Assembly (NCBI GenBank): GCA_943704425.1
Contig: CALSCP010001419.1
Span: 1 to 64,000, forward strand
Origin: Ministeria vibrans ATCC 50519
Lineage: Eukaryota; Protista; Filasterea
Length of the DNA stretch: 64,000 nt
Direction: 5' to 3'
The notes below the pieces were generated by a model. The model did not search any database. It was not told the origin of the DNA and saw only the letters and a list, made by a program, of their open reading frames with translations. Made by a program: the position numbers and the translations under genes. Of this stretch, positions 48,468-61,822 are shown piece by piece. Numbering within the stretch: the stretch's first letter is position 1; every line of letters starts with the position of its first letter.

Positions 48468-49186
48468 ATGGATCCGACGGCTCGCTTCCAAGCGCTGTAT
48501 GACCTTGGAACGGATGTCACCATTAACCCCTGCCTGAAGCTGCACATGTATTACAAATCGGCTGCCAACCTGTTCGTTCAGGTGAGAGAAATGAGTCAGA
48601 TATATATCATTTATTTTGAATTTTGATGGAGGGGAAAACACCGACTCACGACACTCTGTTGATCCGCACACGTCCGCACAGGCACATACATACGACGGCG
48701 AAGGGCAGGATGAGCGTGCCTTTGTGCTCTTTGTGAAATACATTACGTCCGAAGAACGAGAAGAAGCCACTCAGTGCTCAACCTTCCACTTCCTTCTCTT
48801 CTGTAGACTTGTCCTGCGCAAAATCCCAACGCATCCCGACTTTAAGACGTCGACATTGAAGCAGGAACATGCTGCGGCACAGGGTAGCAAGTGCAAGGAG
48901 GCGCTGCGCAAGGCTGAATCGTTGAAGGCACTCATCAAGGCGAAGTACCAGGCTGAATGGGACGACGCTCTTGAGGCTGCAAGGCTGAAGGAGAACGAGG
49001 AGCAGGAGGCGAGAGAACAGACAGAACGCGACGAGGCGGAAGAGAGGATACGGAAGCAACAGCCGAACGGGGGCGAATGTGTGGAGGCACAAAGAGACGA
49101 CACTGAGGATCCGTTTGGCGCGCTCTATGAGCGAACTCCTGTGCCCATCACACCCGCCATCCCCACCAGTACCACCACCACCACCG

Positions 49187-49221
<35 letters not shown>

Positions 49222-49909
49222 GCCACTACTCCGACTGCTCCCACCTCTACCAGCAACACACCTCCATCGCCCGTTCTCAGTGCTCCCCCACTGCGCCACA
49301 TGGTCCTTCCAGCCTCCCTCCCCGACACCTTCCGCACCTTGGCGACCGAGAGCACCGCAGCCAACCGCGAGACGTGTGGGCTGCTCTGCGGCACTCTTCA
49401 CCACGACGTGCTTGTTGTTACAACACTGCTGCTTCCCCGCCAGACGGGCGCGAGCGACTCATGCGAGATGATGGACGAAGACGCTATCTTCTTGTACCAA
49501 GACGAGAATGAGCTCATGACACTCGGATGGATACACGTAAGACCAAAACTACAACTCAACTCCTTCCCCTCTGCTTCTCAGCGGAAAGCACAGTACTCAC
49601 AGAGAGAAACATGCACTTTTGTGTACATAGACACACCCTACGCAAACGGCATTCCTCTCGAGCGTCGACCTGCACACGCACGCATCGTACCAGCTCATGT
49701 TGGGCGAGGCTGTCGCTGTCGTTGTCGCTCCGTCCTACCGCACCACTGGTACATTTGCTCTCACCCTTCCGCATGGTCTGCGCACCGTTGTCGACTGTCG
49801 CCAGCCTGGCTTTCATCCCCACGCCAATGCCGACTCGCTCTTCGAAGAAGTGTCTTCGCGTGTGACGTACGATCCAGAGCGCCCTCTGAAAATCCACGAC
49901 ATGAGATGA
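48468..49909 (+). CDS. STAMBP: AMSH/STAMBP JAMM deubiquitinase with N-terminal USP8-dimer/MIT-like domain
   Basis: [11 protein letters not shown]...IPTHPDF; [10 protein letters not shown]; LMTLGWIH|[30 protein letters not shown]; GFHPH. Confidence 0.93.
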
Positions 49910-50295
49910 ATTGCATAATATTTTGAGTCTTTTTGTGTATTAACCAGTCGTCTCTTACATCTCAACGAGTAAACCTTTCATTTCCTTATTAATTCTCTAT
50001 TAAACTTCAAATTATTTAGTGTCACAGTTCTGTGTGTCACTCACAGTCTCACAGTCGTGTTGTGATGATGATTGCTTTCCCTCGCCCTACTAGTTAGGAG
50101 TCACTGGATCTCTCATGTGAGTCAGGTCACGACGTGGGTGCGCTTTATCTTTCTTCACGTCGACACCGGACACCAAAATTTGATCGCGTGTGTGACGATC
50201 GATTGACTTATGCCAACTCTGGCAACTCAACACTAAATCAAATTGAACGAACATTTGTCATTTTTTTTTTCGTTCGTTCACGCAGGATCTTCAGT

Positions 50296-52189
50296 ATGCC
50301 TCAAAACGACGAGTGGGAACCCGTCTCGCTGTATCCGGACAAGCGGGTGTTTTACAACGCAAAAGCGCGCAATGTTGTCGAGCGCGCGCCGACAGCCGGT
50401 GAAAGCGCCTCGCCCGTAGAGGCCAAGAGGTACCCCGCCCACCCTCCACCCCTGTCTTGTTCCACATGCGCTCATCCACTCGCTCGCTCGTCCCTGCCGC
50501 TAGCCGGCGAGTCCACGGAAATCTGTGTGTTTTGGTGCACGGCGCAAACAACCTTCTCGCCAGCGACCGCAACGGCAAATCTGACCCATACTGTGTCCTC
50601 GGCGTCGACTGTAACGGTCATGTGAAGCCCAAGGAAAAGACAAAGGTTGGTAGCAAGATATATTCGGGCTGTAATAAAGTTTCATTTTCGAACTTTATTC
50701 AGGTTATCAAGTCGGAGCTGTGTCCTCGCTGGGAAGAGCGAAAAGACATCCGCGTCGATTATGGTCGCTACTTACAGATCCTTGTGATGGATCGTGACCG
50801 TCTGACACGCGATGATCGTCTTGGCCACGCTTTTGTTGACCTCACACAAATCACTTCGGGCTCACAACGTCTCCAAGTCGACTTGACTCCGTCCGGTTCT
50901 GTCGACGTCACTCTGGAACTTGCCGATGAGAGCGATCTCTTTGGCATGAGTCTCCAACAAGCATGTCAACGTGAAGGGTAAATACGTGTTGTGTTGGTCC
51001 CACTGCAACGCGTTTTAACAGCTATGCATTTCCTTCAGCGCCACTCCACCACGCATTGTGAGCGAATGCATTGCGGCAGTAGAGGCGCGCGGTGTCGACT
51101 CAGTCGGTCTCTACCGACTGTGTGGCAATCTGGACCACGTCAAGAAGTTGCGCCATGACTTTGATCGCAACTCCGTCTCGAGCGACTCGCCCGTCGATCT
51201 GAGTGCCCCTGAAATTGGCGTTGACGACATTGCATCACTGCTCAAGCTCTACTTCCGCGAACTCCCCGAACCGCTGTTGACCGAAGCACTTTTTCCGACT
51301 TTTATGGAGGCGTACCGACAGGCCAAGGAGCAGTCACTTGCACCGGCGCAACAGAGCACTCTGTATACAGCAGTGCTCGATCAACTGCCCAGCGAGAACC
51401 GAGCGACACTCGAGCCGCTTATGACCCACCTCACTCGCGTGCTGGCAGCCGCCGACATCAATAAGATGACAGCACGCAACCTAGGCGTGTGTTTTGGCCC
51501 CACGCTGTTGTCGCCCTCCTTCGCCATCACCACTATGCCCAGCATGCTTGAACTTGAAGTACGCCAATCGTCTCTCTTAACATTCGGTTCTCATTGCCTC
51601 CTTCTTCGTGTTTTTAGGCTCAAAATGGCGTAGTGGAGTTCCTGATTAGCCACTGGCCGCTCAAGGAAGACTCTTCTGCAACAGCATCTGCAACCACAGC
51701 CACTCCCCCCTCCGGAACCGACGACACGCAGTGGCTTTACAAGGCTCTCTTTGCGCGTTTCGATGCCAACGGTGACAATGCCATTGACGCCACCGAGCTC
51801 AGACGCCTCTTTGCCGATCTTGGTGTGTCTCCTCCCCCTGAAGTCCAGACGCTCTCGGACTCCGATGGCTTTTCTTTTGAACAGTTTAGTGCTTTCCTCC
51901 AAAAGTGTGATCTCTACGAAAGGTCCGACCACCACAAAACAACAGAAACAAAAAAAAAAACAAGACGAGGGGGAGGAGGATACACACATGTTGATTCTTG
52001 AGACTCAAAAAAAATGTCGTCTTTTTATAGTGTGTTTTGGCTGAAACAGGCGAGACCGCGGCGCCGTCTACGGTCGCCATGCAAGCGAATTTGGCAGAAA
52101 CACGACACAGATGGACGCGGCTCACTCTCATACGACCAAGTCAGTACCACCTCACCATTGCCTAATTGAATGTTATTTCTCACTCGCGT

Positions 52190-52287
<98 letters not shown>

Positions 52288-52881
52288 TATCACTTTGTCA
52301 ATCACTTTGTTTCACTCTCACTATCACTTTGTTTCCCTCTCACTATCGCTTTGTTTTCCTCTCACTATCGCTTTATCCTCTCTCTCTCTCTTTCTCTCTC
52401 TTTCTCTTTGTTAGTTTCGTGTGATGCTTTGCGACGACTTTTCGTGCTCATACGACTCTGACGAGGACTTTGATGTCGTAGTGCGTCTTCTCGACGCAAA
52501 CGGCGACGGTTCCATCGATTACGCTGAAGTAACATATTCAGACTTAGTTGTGTTTCTCTTGCCTCACTCACTCATATACATATACTCCAGTTCAGCGACT
52601 GGTACACACACAGCGACGCAGCGATCGACACCCGTTCGCTCACGCGCGCCCAACTGGATCGTCTACGTACTCTCCTCTATTCCTTCCGCTGCTACGACTC
52701 AGACGCCTCCAACGCACTCGACCGCACCGAGTTTGCCGAGCTGTACGCGTCCCTTGTGAACGCCGGGTACGACATGGGTGACCCCACTACTGCCTTTGAC
52801 AGCATGGACAAGCTCAATGTTGGCACTGTCAGCTATGCCGACTATGTTCAGTTTCTTCTTGAGTATAATGGACAACTCTAA
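50296..52881 (+). CDS. C2 + RhoGAP + EF-hand protein
   Basis: NLLASDRNGKSDPYC, ELCPRWEE, VMDRDRLTRDDRLG (C2); GLYRLCG, ASLLKLYFRELPEPL, NKMTARNLGVCFGPTL (RhoGAP with Arg finger); DANGDNAIDATE, DANGDGSIDYAE, DSDASNALDRTE (EF-hands). Confidence 0.88.
52191..52283. repeat. (CT)n microsatellite in an intron
   Basis: Direct observation. Confidence 0.98.
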
Positions 52882-52959
52882 AAAGCTTCTTTTGTGTTTG
52901 TTTTGTTTTTGTTTCTTTGTTACACTTGTCGTCTCTCGTCAATGTCGCACGGCAGGGCA

Positions 52960-54175
52960 TTACTCGGTCCACGACTCTTCTACAGTAGCGCGCACCTTCT
53001 TCTCGTACTCACGTCGGTTCTCTTGAAACAGCTGTGCCGCTTGTGAGTTGGCCGGACTCGCTGCGTTAGGTTCGTCCAGAAGACTCTGTGATGTGGCGGT
53101 GATGTCAGCGCCCGAGACGACCTCCTCCTTTCTCGCATAACTATCTTACCTGAATGGACGTAAGAATCGCTGCAACGTCGTAGGTGGGACTCCACCGGTT
53201 CTGTAGAATATCAAGACAAATGGCACCTATCCACACACACCCACACACACACACAGCAATTCAGCGATGGTCTGTCGGTCGCTTTCCCCTTTCTCCTTAC
53301 CGTCGGCATAGACGTTGGGATGGAACATTTTGGAGACAAACTTGACGACAGGCGACTTGTTGGGGTAGTCTTCGGTGAACTCCAGACGCAGCTTGAAGGT
53401 GCCTGAAAACAGGCACAGAGTCATCAGCAATCGACGCATAATACACCACCCTCAGCTGCGCAACGGTATCCGTCGAGCACCGCCGTCCAAGCAGCACACA
53501 ATAAATGGGTTCGACCCACAAAGTCAAAAACTCGTCACGAATCGTCCCCCCACAAAAAAAAAAAAGAAAAAACACACTTAAACCCAACTCAACGGAATCC
53601 TTTCACCGCCATTTCGTCGCCACGACAACAGCACTGGTCCACGAAGTCATCCCACGCACAACAGAGGAGCAAACAACGCCCACGAGGCGCACAAGCGGGG
53701 CATTTTCTTCTTTTTTCTCAGGCGTACCATCCTCAAACGGGGTGTCGACAGGTCCAAAGATGACTGCGTTCCACAGCATAATGTTGCTGTCCATCGGCGA
53801 CCCAGACACGCCACCAGGAGGGTCGTTCTGAAGTCTACACGGGTACCAGACGCGAGAGAGTGAGAGAGGGTAAGTGAGAGAGACTGAGAGACTGTTGAAA
53901 ACGTCAAAAAAAAAAAGAAGAAGAAGAAGAGATTTGCACTGACAAGCCTTTTAGACCCTATCCTTCACAAAGTACGCCATGGACGTAAGCAATGCCGACA
54001 CATCACAGAAACCCAGACAATATCGTCCGCATTTCCCGATGCAAAATCGACCAAGAAAGTCGGTCGATCATCGTCATACAAACCGCCCCGCTTCCTCTCT
54101 CCCAAGCAAAAGCAACTAGGACCCGGTGTACCTCTTAAAGTCTCGCATCAAACGGCGTCTTGCAGGGGTCGACAT
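52960..54175 (-). CDS. RAD6: Ubiquitin-conjugating enzyme E2 RAD6/UBE2A
   Basis: Spliced [15 protein letters not shown]|[13 protein letters not shown]...[15 protein letters not shown]|TFKL...FHPNVYADG|[17 protein letters not shown]|[13 protein letters not shown]. Confidence 0.97.
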
Positions 54176-54274
54176 GTTGAAGGCGGTTGTCGGGCTATAC
54201 AATACTGAACTTACTCAACGTGTACTCAACATAGTGAACTAAGAATATCATTTGATCACCTTAGACTTTTACCA

Positions 54275-57200
54275 ATGGCGCTACGCGCCCTCTGTTTTGC
54301 GTCTGCTCTGATCCTGCTGACGCTACCGACTGCCTTGTGTACGTTTCCCAGCAGCAGCGACATTTGTTCTATTTGCCGGTGTTCTCATGACGCCATTGGA
54401 CTTGTCATCGACTGCAAGGGACTCGGACTCACCCAAGTCCCTCCTGTGCCGCTCAACACCACCGTCCTAGATCTCTCGCACAACTCACTCTCGGTATCTG
54501 CCTTGCCCGAGAATGTCTTTGAAGGCCTCACGCAGCTGTACGCTCTCGACATCGCGGAGAATCCTATCGGTGTATGGCCCACGGCGCTCGCCCTTGCTGA
54601 TCTTCCCGCCCTCGAAATTCTCGACCTAACGGACTGCTCGCTCCACGCTCTTCCAGCCGGGGCCCTAGAAAAGACACCCAACTTGACCATGCTCTTCCTC
54701 GCAAACAACCTCCTTACTGCGAGCAGCATTTACAGTGGCGCATTTGAACCCCTTCACGCACTGCGCTCTCTTCTCCTCGACTCAAATCGATTCCAAACGC
54801 TGCCGCTTGCTCTCCAGCACGGTAGCTTCTCTGAACTCACCGTGTTGAGCATCAACAACGTGGGGTTGGGTCATCTCCAAGCACATGCCTTTGCGAACAT
54901 GCCCAGACTGGAAAACCTGGGCCTCAAGGGAAACAGGCTGACGAACAACTCAATCAGCCCCTTCGCCTTTGCCGGCCTGTTCGCCCTGCGGCTGCTCACA
55001 CTCGACTTCAATCCTCTTTCTTCTTTTCCCATGGCGCTCGCCACCTCGCCCATGCCCAATGTTACTAGCTTGTCCCTGGGGAACACACTCATCTCGTCGC
55101 TGGAAGGCGGTCATATCTTTCGCCAGGTGCCCAACTTGGCAGCGCTCGACTTGTCGGGGAATCAACTGGCCGCCATCAACATTGAGTGGACTACGTTTAA
55201 CACCACCCGTCACCTGAAGAGTCTCTTCCTGCACAACAATCCTCTTGGCACCTACCCCTTTGCTCTTATTGTGGGCACTCTGCCTTGTCTCAACGAACTC
55301 ACACTGCGCTCCACCAAACTCTCCGCCGTGCCCGCCGAGGCCTTTCTTCAGTTTGCCTCGAATATCACTCTGCTCGACCTTAGCTACAATTATCTCACGG
55401 CCGACTCGCTCGCACCGCATGCCTTCAGCGCCACCCACTCCCTCAACCAGATCACTCTCTCCTCCAACGCACTCGGTCACTACCCCGCCGCCCTCCAGTC
55501 ACAGGCGCTCGCCAGCGTACAGTGGCTACGGCTCGACGAATGCGTCATTCGCGTGCTTCCCGACGATGCCTTTGCCACTATGCCCCAACTGTTGTACTTG
55601 TCGCTCCAGCGCAATCAGCTCGGTCGACTGCCCTCCACTCTTTTCGACTTTAGCCCTCACCTGGTGACACTCGACCTTTCGCAAAATCCTTTGGGTTGTG
55701 ACTGGCCCCCGGCTCTGCTCTCTACCGCCTTGGCCAATGTGAAGACTCTCTTCCTGTCGGGCGTTGGTCTCACTTCGGTTCCTCGCAATGCCTTTGTCAA
55801 CATGCCCGACGTCGGCCTCCACGCTCTTGACCTGTCCAACAACACGCTTACCGCATCCTCCATTGATCCCGACGTCTTTCGCAGCACACACCTTGTAACC
55901 ACACTCACTCTTGACAACAATCCCCTCGGTGCCATTCCCGACGCACTCTTCCTACTTCCCGTCGGCGTCTCGACCCTCAGCATGAACAACGTGAAACTCG
56001 CTGTCGTCCCATCCAACTCGTTCGCCAACGACTCCGTCATCGACTACCTCTGCCTTTCCAACAACCTGCTCACAGCCGACTCCATTGCACCCACCGCGTT
56101 TTCCTCCCTTGAGCGTCTCTCCACCCTCGACCTCTCGGGCAATCCCCTTGGTCGCTGGCCCGACGCCCTTCTCCTAGGCCCCGCCCCTCGCTACGGCGAC
56201 CATCTTGCTACGCTCAACCTTGCCTCGACCAATATCTCGTCCATCCCCGAGAATGCCTTTGCCGGCCTTCGCGCTCTCACACAACTTTTTCTCAACGACA
56301 ATCCCGCTCTTGCGTCGCTGCCCGCGAACCTCTTCGATGAAACCCGCCTGCTCAACTCCGTGTCACTCGATCGCACCTTCTTTCCCGACTTCCCAGCCGC
56401 CCTCTCGCACATCCCCTCCCTCACCACCCTCTCCATGGTCGACTGCTCCCTCAGCTATGTGCCGCAGGCCGCCTTTGAGAACACGGCCCTCATCAAGTAT
56501 ATCAACTTTGCCTCAAACTCCATCACGGCCGTTGACTTTCTCACCGACGCCTTCGCCATCGAGACACTTATTCTCGACTTCAATCCTCTCGACCCCTTGC
56601 GCTTGTCAAGCCTTCGCCTTGTCATTCAGCTTGAGGTCCTCTCGCTCGTCCACTGCAATCTTGACATTTCCTTGGCGTCCGTCGCGTTCACGTCTCTGCA
56701 GAACTCTCTCAGTGAGCTGTACCTCGACGGCAACAACGCTCCTTACTACCCCGACCTTTTTAAGACTTTTTCTGCGCTCCGTATCCTTTCCATGCGCGAC
56801 ACCGGCTTGCCTGCGCTGCCCGACGATGCCTTTTACAACCTGCAGTCGCTCAGCGGCGTCTTCCTCAGCGGCAACCAACTTCATTCTATTCCCGACATGC
56901 TCTTCTCCGAGGCACTCTCTCTTGAGCAAATCAACCTTGATAGCAACCATCTTTTGGCGTATCCGACGCGTGCTCTGGCGCAGCTGCGCACCGTCTCGTC
57001 CATTTCCCTCGCGAACAACAACATCTCTGCAATCTCTGTGGGCTCATTCGACGCCACCCTTGCGCTGCGGCACCTAAACTTGTCTAACAACGCCATCGAG
57101 GCGATCCCCTGCGCCCTCTTCGACACTCTCCACCTCGACACGCTCTCTCTCGTTGACAACAGCCTGCGCAACGCATCCGCCTGCTGGCTTGATGCTCTCT

Positions 57201-58841
57201 CCAAGGTCGAATCCTTTTCGCTCTCGGGAAACAGTCTCGTCAATGTCGACCACGCTTTCAGCCGCTGGCACAATTTGCGTCTGCTTGCGCTCACCTCCAA
57301 TCGTCTGCGCACCGTCCCGGCCGGACTGCCCGTCTCCCTTGAGATGCTCTTTCTCGACGACAACGATATTGACACACTCGACCCGTCTGCTATCGTTCCC
57401 ATCGGCAACCTCACGTACATTGGATTGGCTGAGAACCGTCTGTCGACGCACCAGGTCCAACGCCTTCTTTCGTACTACACCAATGCGCAGCTGCGCTTGC
57501 TCACGATCAACGTTATTGCCAACGAACTCACGGGCTCCTTTATGGTACCACCCATCAATGCAATTGACCTCAGCTCGAATGGCCTCACCTCAGTCGTGAC
57601 CGATTCGCTTCCCTTCACGCGCGAATGGGGTCTTCTCTCTGTATTGAACCAGACGGGCTTTACCGGACCTGCCTGTCCCCCTAATGTCGTGGGCGCTTGG
57701 CCCGTGTGCGACGGTATCTGCTCGGCCTACTGCACCCCGCACGGTATGGGCGGCTGCTCGTCGCCGTCACCACGCAGCTGCTGTCCCCTCGGTTACCACG
57801 GTCCGAACTGCGCCTACGCCTTCCACTGCCAACCAGGTCTTTGCGGACCCCACGGCACGTGCGAGGAGCACAATCTGATTCCCCTCTCCAAAGATGGTCT
57901 CGCCTTTACGTACAACCTTACGTGTACCTGCACCGACGGTTTCTACTCGCTGCAGCCCACGAGCGCCGCCGCTCTCAAGGTCACCAATGTGCCTTCGTGC
58001 GTCAGTGTGTGTCCCAGCGACACGTACATATCCGCCAACAATGCGTGCGAATCGTGCAGCTCGACGTGCGGTACGGGCGGCTGCAAGGGACCCTCCAGCA
58101 AGGACTGCATTGAGAACCACACGGCGCGCACTGCGACGGCCGCCAGCTCTTCGTCCGTCATCATTGTGCTGCTCGTGGCACTCCTAGTGTGGCGACTGGG
58201 CGTGCGCAAGCGACGACGCGACGTAGCCCAGACCAAAGGACTGTACGAACGACTGCTTGAGGACGTCAATCAGGTGTGGCAGGTCTCCGAGCAGGATGTA
58301 CGCTTTGAGCGTCGCATTGCCAGTGGTGCTTCAGGGGAGGTACGAAAAAAAAAAAGTGAACTGCAATGATATTAATGTAATAAAATATTAATATTATTTT
58401 AGGTGTGGTTTGGGGAGTGGTTGGGACGATCGGTGGCAGTGAAAAAGCTACGAATGGAGGTCGCAGAGACGGACGACGAGCTGTTGAGGGACTTTAATAA
58501 GGAAGTGGCGTTCCTGAAAGGGATGCGACACCGCAACATTGTGCTGTTCTACGGCGCAGGGCGGCTCGAAAGCACCAACTGCCCCTTTTTGGTGCTCGAG
58601 CACATGGAGCGCGGCTCGCTCGACAAGCTGCTGCATGCGTCGGATGAGAAGGTCACGTGGGACTTGCGTGTGTCCATTGCGAATGATGTTGCTCGTGGCA
58701 TGCGCTTCCTTCACAAGCGCGATCCGCCCGTGCTCCATCGCGACCTCAAGAGTCTCAATGTGCTGCTCAACGACCGTTGGATTGCGAAGGTAAAAAAGAT
58801 ATTTGTTTTGGGAAAGGCAATCGCATTATATTTTGCGTGCA

Positions 58842-58906
<65 letters not shown>

Positions 58907-59492
58907 ATATATGCATGTATATATAAAAATTATGGTCTTTGATTAAATATCTGCCTAGATTGCGGATTTTGGTGAATCGCGAGCGATTGAGGCGCTGCAG
59001 GGAACGAGGAAGCGAGGACGACGCGCACGCGCAATGGACGCAATGCAGTCTGCAGTCTCTGCTGCGACGAATGGGAAAGGTGGTGGAGGTTTGCATGGCA
59101 GTGGAGGTAGTAGCAGTGGTGGTGGCAGTGGAAGTGGCAAGGAAGTGTCACCGGGGGGCTCGGCACACTCGTCGGCGCGGGGGATCACGTCGCGACGAGG
59201 CACGCCTGGATGGTGTGCGCCCGAGGCACAGACCGGCGAGCAGTATGGTCTGTCGGCGGATGTGTTTTCCTTTGCCATTGTCATGTGGGAGATTGCAGCG
59301 CGCTCCTTTCCCTTTGAAGACCTGCCCACCTGGGCCGTGGGCGATGCGGTGGCTGAGGGTCAGCGGCCATCCGTGCCCACCGACACTCCACTGCTTTACG
59401 CGGAGCTCATGGAACGCTGTTGGGACCACGATCCCACCAGGAGACCCACATTTGACATGTGCTGTGATCTTCTGGACGATGTACTCTTGTAA
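54275..59492 (+). CDS. LRR receptor kinase: signal peptide, LRRNT, roughly 40 LRRs, EGF/furin-like Cys-rich region, TM, TKL-type kinase (3 exons)
   Basis: CSICRCS...IDCKGLGLTQVP; LxxLxLxxN array; TM VIIVLLVALLVW; IASGASGE|VW, VAVKK, HRDLKSLN, IADFG, GTPGWCAPE, DVFSFAIVMWE. Confidence 0.92.
58846..58902. repeat. (GT)n microsatellite in an intron
   Basis: Direct observation. Confidence 0.97.
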
Positions 59493-59581
59493 TATTTTAA
59501 TTAAGAAAATAAAATTAATAGAGAATCGAGAGCTGCAGAATGATTCAATTTTTCACAATTCACAGTCATTAATTTTTATTC

Positions 59582-60997
59582 ATGGAAATCTTAGAGTGCA
59601 GCGTCCGCGAGCCCACGCGCGTTGGGGACTCGCTGACGGGACACATGGAGTATGCGGTGACGACGGAGACGAGTCTGCCCGAGTACGCTGCGCCCTCCGT
59701 CACGGTCCGCCGCCGCTTTCGCGACTTCTTCTGGCTTCGCGAGGCGCTTGTTGAGAACCACCCAGGCGTGGTGGTCCCAGTGGGTCCTGAAAAGAATCTT
59801 ATTGGTACAGCAAAAGGGGGGCGATGTCGTGTGTTGAACTTAATTGTGTGTTACGACAACTGCTTAGCGTCCAAGACAGCCAAGGAAGATTCTGTCTTCA
59901 TCGAGCGAAGACGACACGCTCTCGAACGGTTCCTGCGCCGCGTTGCTGCACATCCCAAGTTACGCAACAGCACTCATTTGAGGTATTTCCTCGAGTATCC
60001 CGAAAAGGTAAGCGACAGAGACATGGTTTGAAGAAGACATTTGGGATGACAGAAACTCACTCGATTTTCTGGGTTAGATTCGCGAGTCGACCACAAAACC
60101 AACGCAACAGCTCAGCACCGCCTTCTTCAGCATTATCAAAGACGTGCGCAAGTCTGTTGCCTCCGTTGTGGCTAGTGCGTCAGTAACAGTCAATGAGCAA
60201 GAGGATGCCTGGTACACACAAAGACACAAACAAACGGCTGTCTCGCTCTCTGACACACGCTTTCTCTCACTCTTCTACAGGTTCAAAGCAAACGAAGTGC
60301 GCCTAGATCATCTTCATTGCGACTTGAAACTCCTTCACAAAGTGATGCGCACGGCAGTCACTGATCTTGAACGTAGGCTCAAATTGCGAAACAGCACGCT
60401 CTTATCTTCCGTGTAGAACTGAGTGGAGCTTACGCACGCACTGCCAAGGCACTTGGTGGGCTGGGAGGCGAGACACTGGGGCACCATGTGCCGGTGAGCA
60501 GTGCGCTGACGTCGCTGTCGTCGATCCTGGCGACGTCAAGTATGCGCGCACACGAGCAGATGCGCGACCTGGCTGTGTTTCAGGACACGGTGCAGGACTA
60601 CGTTGTCATGGTGCACGTTACCAAGGACAAGTTTAGCGACCGCGCCGACCTCTTCAACGCATGGTCCTCCACCAAGAGCAAGTACCTGCGTCGCAAGGAG
60701 ACCGCTCAGCGCCTGCGCGCCGACCCGTCCGCCAGCGAGGACAAGAAGACAGTCGCCATCTGCGACTTTCTCGAGACCAAGGACAAGCTCAAGGCGCTCA
60801 AGGAGCAGTTTCGTGAGTTTACCAACAATTTGCGCGACGACGTGGACCGCTTCTATGCGGAACACACTGCCGAGTTTATGGCAGCCATTGAGAACTACAT
60901 TGCTCGCACCTGTGTCCGCCAGCGCGAGCTGCTAGTTCTCTGGCGCGACTACGGGCCCGTTGTCGACACCCTCGTTGCTGCCTTGCCCGCCGCATAG
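59582..60997 (+). CDS. Sorting nexin (PX-BAR)
   Basis: VRRRFRDFFWLREAL....PGVVVP..PEK, FIERRRHALERFLRRVAAHPKL (PX), followed by a helical Vps5-type BAR region. Confidence 0.9.
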
Positions 60998-61287
60998 TTT
61001 GTACATTTTCTTTTCATATAATTATTTTTCGGTGAGTAAACTTTTCACTTCATATTATTTTAAGAAATCTTCTTCATCATTTATTTTGTCACAGCTCGAT
61101 TACGTCCTGTACGAAAGCGGCAGTTAGTTGGGGCGCGAAGGCGTTTGTATGCTCCACGTGACTGTTTGACGTTAGTGTTCGCTGATGAAAGAGAGACTCG
61201 TTTAAAAGTGTGTGAAAGTGAGCGGTTCATAATTTCTAGTCAAAGTGATCAAACTTCAAAGTAAATATTCTTTTTTTTTGTTTCAAA

Positions 61288-61726
61288 ATGCGTCCCTCCT
61301 CTGCCAGTGCCACCAGCAAAACCGACGTTCCCGTGCGACGCACCGGGCGTGTTTCAAAGCCCCCGGCGCGCTTTGTGCCTGGGAAAGAGCCTCTGCCTGT
61401 TCTCCTCGAAACCATGATTCGTGATATTGCATCGGCCGCCACTAAGAAAGAAGGCCTGGCGTTTGACGTTGACGCCGTCTCGGTCCTTGAGCAAGGTGAG
61501 CATTAACGTTATTAATAATATTCGTTTTAATTTATGTTTACGCGCGAAAATTGAAAAAAAAAACAACTATTCGTTTTCATTTCCAGTTCTCCAAGTCGCT
61601 CTGAAGAATCTTCTTGCTTCAGCGTATGCCCATGCTCAAAGTAAAGGCCGTGAGTCCATTGAGAAGGCCGACTTGGATGCCGCTTGCTCAGTGCTTCAAA
61701 AATTCAAAACGAGCACCAAAAAATGA
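61288..61726 (+). CDS. Small divergent histone-fold protein (H3/CENP-like fold), 115 aa, intron 61496-61586
   Basis: Basic tail, then MIRDIA.....LAFDVDAVSVLEQVLQVALKNLL..AY.HA....R.SI...DL.AA, which parallels the H3 fold LVREIA....LRFQ..AV..LQE.......LF....A.HAKR.TI...DI.LA. Confidence 0.65.
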
Positions 61727-61822
61727 GCAAAATTTCGATGCGCATCTTGTACAGTACACACGCAAACACACAGGCACAACCAACCGGGAAAACGTGCTCA
61801 CAAAATAAGAGAGAAGAAGTAT

